Assembly (NCBI GenBank): GCA_023231475.1
Contig: JALJEE010001426.1
Location: forward strand, 1 to 64,000
Length of the DNA stretch: 64,000 nt
Reading direction: 5' to 3'
Source of the DNA: Seison nebaliae
Taxonomy: Eukaryota
This document shows, piece by piece, positions 61,565 to 64,000 of the stretch (its first letter is position 1; each line of letters starts with the position of its first letter). Position numbers and translations under genes: made by a program. Below the pieces are notes generated by a model. The model saw nothing but the letters and a program-made list of their open reading frames with translations, ran no database searches and was not told the origin of the DNA.

Positions 61565-64000
61565 AATAACTTCTAAATTATCTTCTCGATGTCGATACGT
61601 TTAATTATCTCACAATTTATTAATTATTAATTGGTCAATTGAGCTTATGAATTGGTGGGTTGATAGTGAGAAATTGAACGGAAAAAATATAAGAAATTCA
61701 AATTTTTAGTTCCGATTCAACTTACCTAAAAATAACCTTCTTAAAATAAATTTGATCGGGGAATGTGCAACTTCACTTCTCCTATCTCACAATACTGTGA
61801 GTCGGTACATAGTCTCTGTATTTAATAATATTTCCTTCTTTTAAGATTATATTTCTCATTTCTTCTAAAAATATCAAAATTATTCTTTTTCCTTCTCCTT
61901 CTTCTTCATTTCTTCCGGTAATAATTGTATGTTACTACTCATTATATGAGTCTCTTTCATGTTACCAAGCATTGTTTTCATTTTATCCATCTTTTATCGC
62001 TTTTAATAAATGATAATAGTACACTTGTAAAGTTACTTATTTTCGTTGACCTTTCGTGATAGGTCCTTCCAATATATTCTACATCAACTTTTCCATTTAT
62101 AAACAATATTTTAAATTTACTTTCAAATAAGTTCCAATTGATGTCAATATGTCGAGAAGATGTTAATAAAATTGATTAGTTGCAATTCATGTCGTATAAT
62201 TTAGATATTGAAGGGGTCAAGTATTTAATTGATTATTTCCTCATTTCCTCTCCAACATTCGTCCGTCCATATTATTATTGGAGGAGGGATTATATATATA
62301 TCCATTTGTCTGTTAATACTATTGGAATCCAATCACTTCTCACATCCATTGCACACATCGACACGAATTCATTCAGTTGAAAGCGATTGAATAGATATTA
62401 ATATAATTGTTATATAATCTTTCCCTTCTTCCCAATATATATGCACATATATATACATCGATCATTATGTCACTTGATTGGTACAGGAGAGTACACATAC
62501 GTGGAACGTTAAAAGAGAAAAGAAAAGTGGGAAACGTAGATGATTTTTTTGGAACATTTTCATATGAAAAATGAAAGAATAATAATAGAATGAAATTATT
62601 CCTTGACAACTTATATTTGGGAGGAGAATTTATTAGTTGTAGTCACTTTCTTATCAATAACAAAAGTCCAATTAATAAACACATTCATTTCTCACATGAA
62701 AAACTAACGACTTGACACAGGAAAAAAGTTTATTAGGTTAGAAGTTGAAGAATTAATAAATAAATAAATAGACATTACAATTATCCATCCACAATGACAA
62801 TAGTTATTTATAAGCTTTTCTCCATTTATTTTAACGCAACAAAAGAAGGTATAATAATCGTATATGAATGTTACAAACTATTCCGATTCTTCCCATTCCT
62901 CAAATAACAGGACCGACGGAGAATTATCTTTAAAATGCCTTTCATTATGTTCTCCTTTCTACATTTCTAAAAGAACAAATTCATCATATTTCTATACTTT
63001 CCTAAAAGACATCAAGTGCACTTCCGATTTGTTTCGTTTATCTTCGTTCTCTTCATCTCTAATATCATGAACATTGTTCTACTTTTCCCGTATTTTCTCG
63101 TCCATTCTTTTTTTCGTCCATCTCCATTGAAAATTAATCAGCATTCTTCAATAAATTATTTAAAACTTTCATTTTAGTTATACAAAAACAAATTCCGAAG
63201 AAATTTAGTTGGATATGTAAAAGATTTTAGCATAGAACTGACGTTTTTCTCCAACTGATTTCAAAAAAGCCATATAAAATGTTTGTAAAAGTGATGTACG
63301 TTTTAAGAAGAAATATTCGGAAACTTTTAAAAAAAAATTTTTCGAATTTATTTTCGTTTTAAAAATTTTTGTTTTTGAAATGAAATTGAAGTTAGAGAAG
63401 TTTGAAGGTGTTCTGATGAAAGTTTTTTTTCCTATAAATTATTTATAACATTCACAAAATTTCATTCCATTAACTCGACTAACAATTGTTTGGAATAATT
63501 TCATGGATAGATCAGATTTGTGAAAGGTACAGTGCAAAGTGGCGTTTCTCGTTTTGTGGGAAGGATGAAAACTGAAGAAAAGGAAAAGGCGAAACCAAGT
63601 TAGAATTAATTTTCTTATATTACTTTTTCACCGAACGAATCATTCATTATCCATTTATTGGTTCTTTTGGGGCGAAAGGATAAATAAATAATAATTTCTA
63701 CTGTGAATAATCAGGGGAAAAGTGAGACAACGAAAGAAGAATTCCATAAGAGAAAAATGTTTCTTATAAACTAAAAAATAAATGTGACTTGAAATAATGG
63801 ACTTCATCTGCTTGTTTACTGTCATATGAGATTGTATTGAGAGATTCGGATGAATTGAATGTAGGACAGTTAGAAAGATGAATTATGTACTTACTCATTC
63901 CGACTAATTGAGTAGATATTTGAAGTTGGATGAATTTCTTCCCACATCTATTCCACGAACAATAACGAAATGACATAAAAGTAGTATGTGAAGTGAAATA

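Noticed and set aside
61700..64000. Coding gene in the last 2.3 kb
   Set aside because: Only short ORFs without motifs; no consistent exon chain could be built

Overview
Very AT-rich, gene-dense nuclear DNA from an invertebrate animal (species not identifiable from the sequence alone), with mostly 40-80 nt introns. 1-13.5 kb is repeat-rich: a disrupted Helitron/Helentron-like element (Zn-finger/DUF6570-like, two herpes-tegument-type cysteine protease domains, HUH Rep, PIF1 helicase) followed by a 31-bp minisatellite, an orphan gene and non-LTR reverse-transcriptase debris. 13.6-61.6 kb is a block of host genes: ARMC3 (with a ~1,536-aa antisense gene nested in one intron), a GPCR, orthopedia flanked by two identical tRNA-Thr genes, tRNA-Lys, tRNA-Phe, a disrupted secreted Gly/Arg-rich peptide gene, FDXR, troponin C, a GT64 glycosyltransferase, Munc18, a RING/B-box protein, an EGF-trypsin protease, BTBD9, ACO1/IRP, a divergent eEF2, a p47-like UBX protein, a BTB protein, USO1 and BET1L. 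The strongest leads are (1) a divergent intronless eEF2 that naturally carries the Gly-to-Arg change two residues after the diphthamide His (equivalent to the toxin-resistance allele G717R); (2) a hidden frame-preserving 453-nt cassette exon in ACO1 at the IRP2-insertion position, ending in a CPxH heme-motif-like sequence; and (3) an unusual splice-site code (GTT donors, frequent AAG acceptors). All exon models were inferred by eye and need RNA-seq confirmation.
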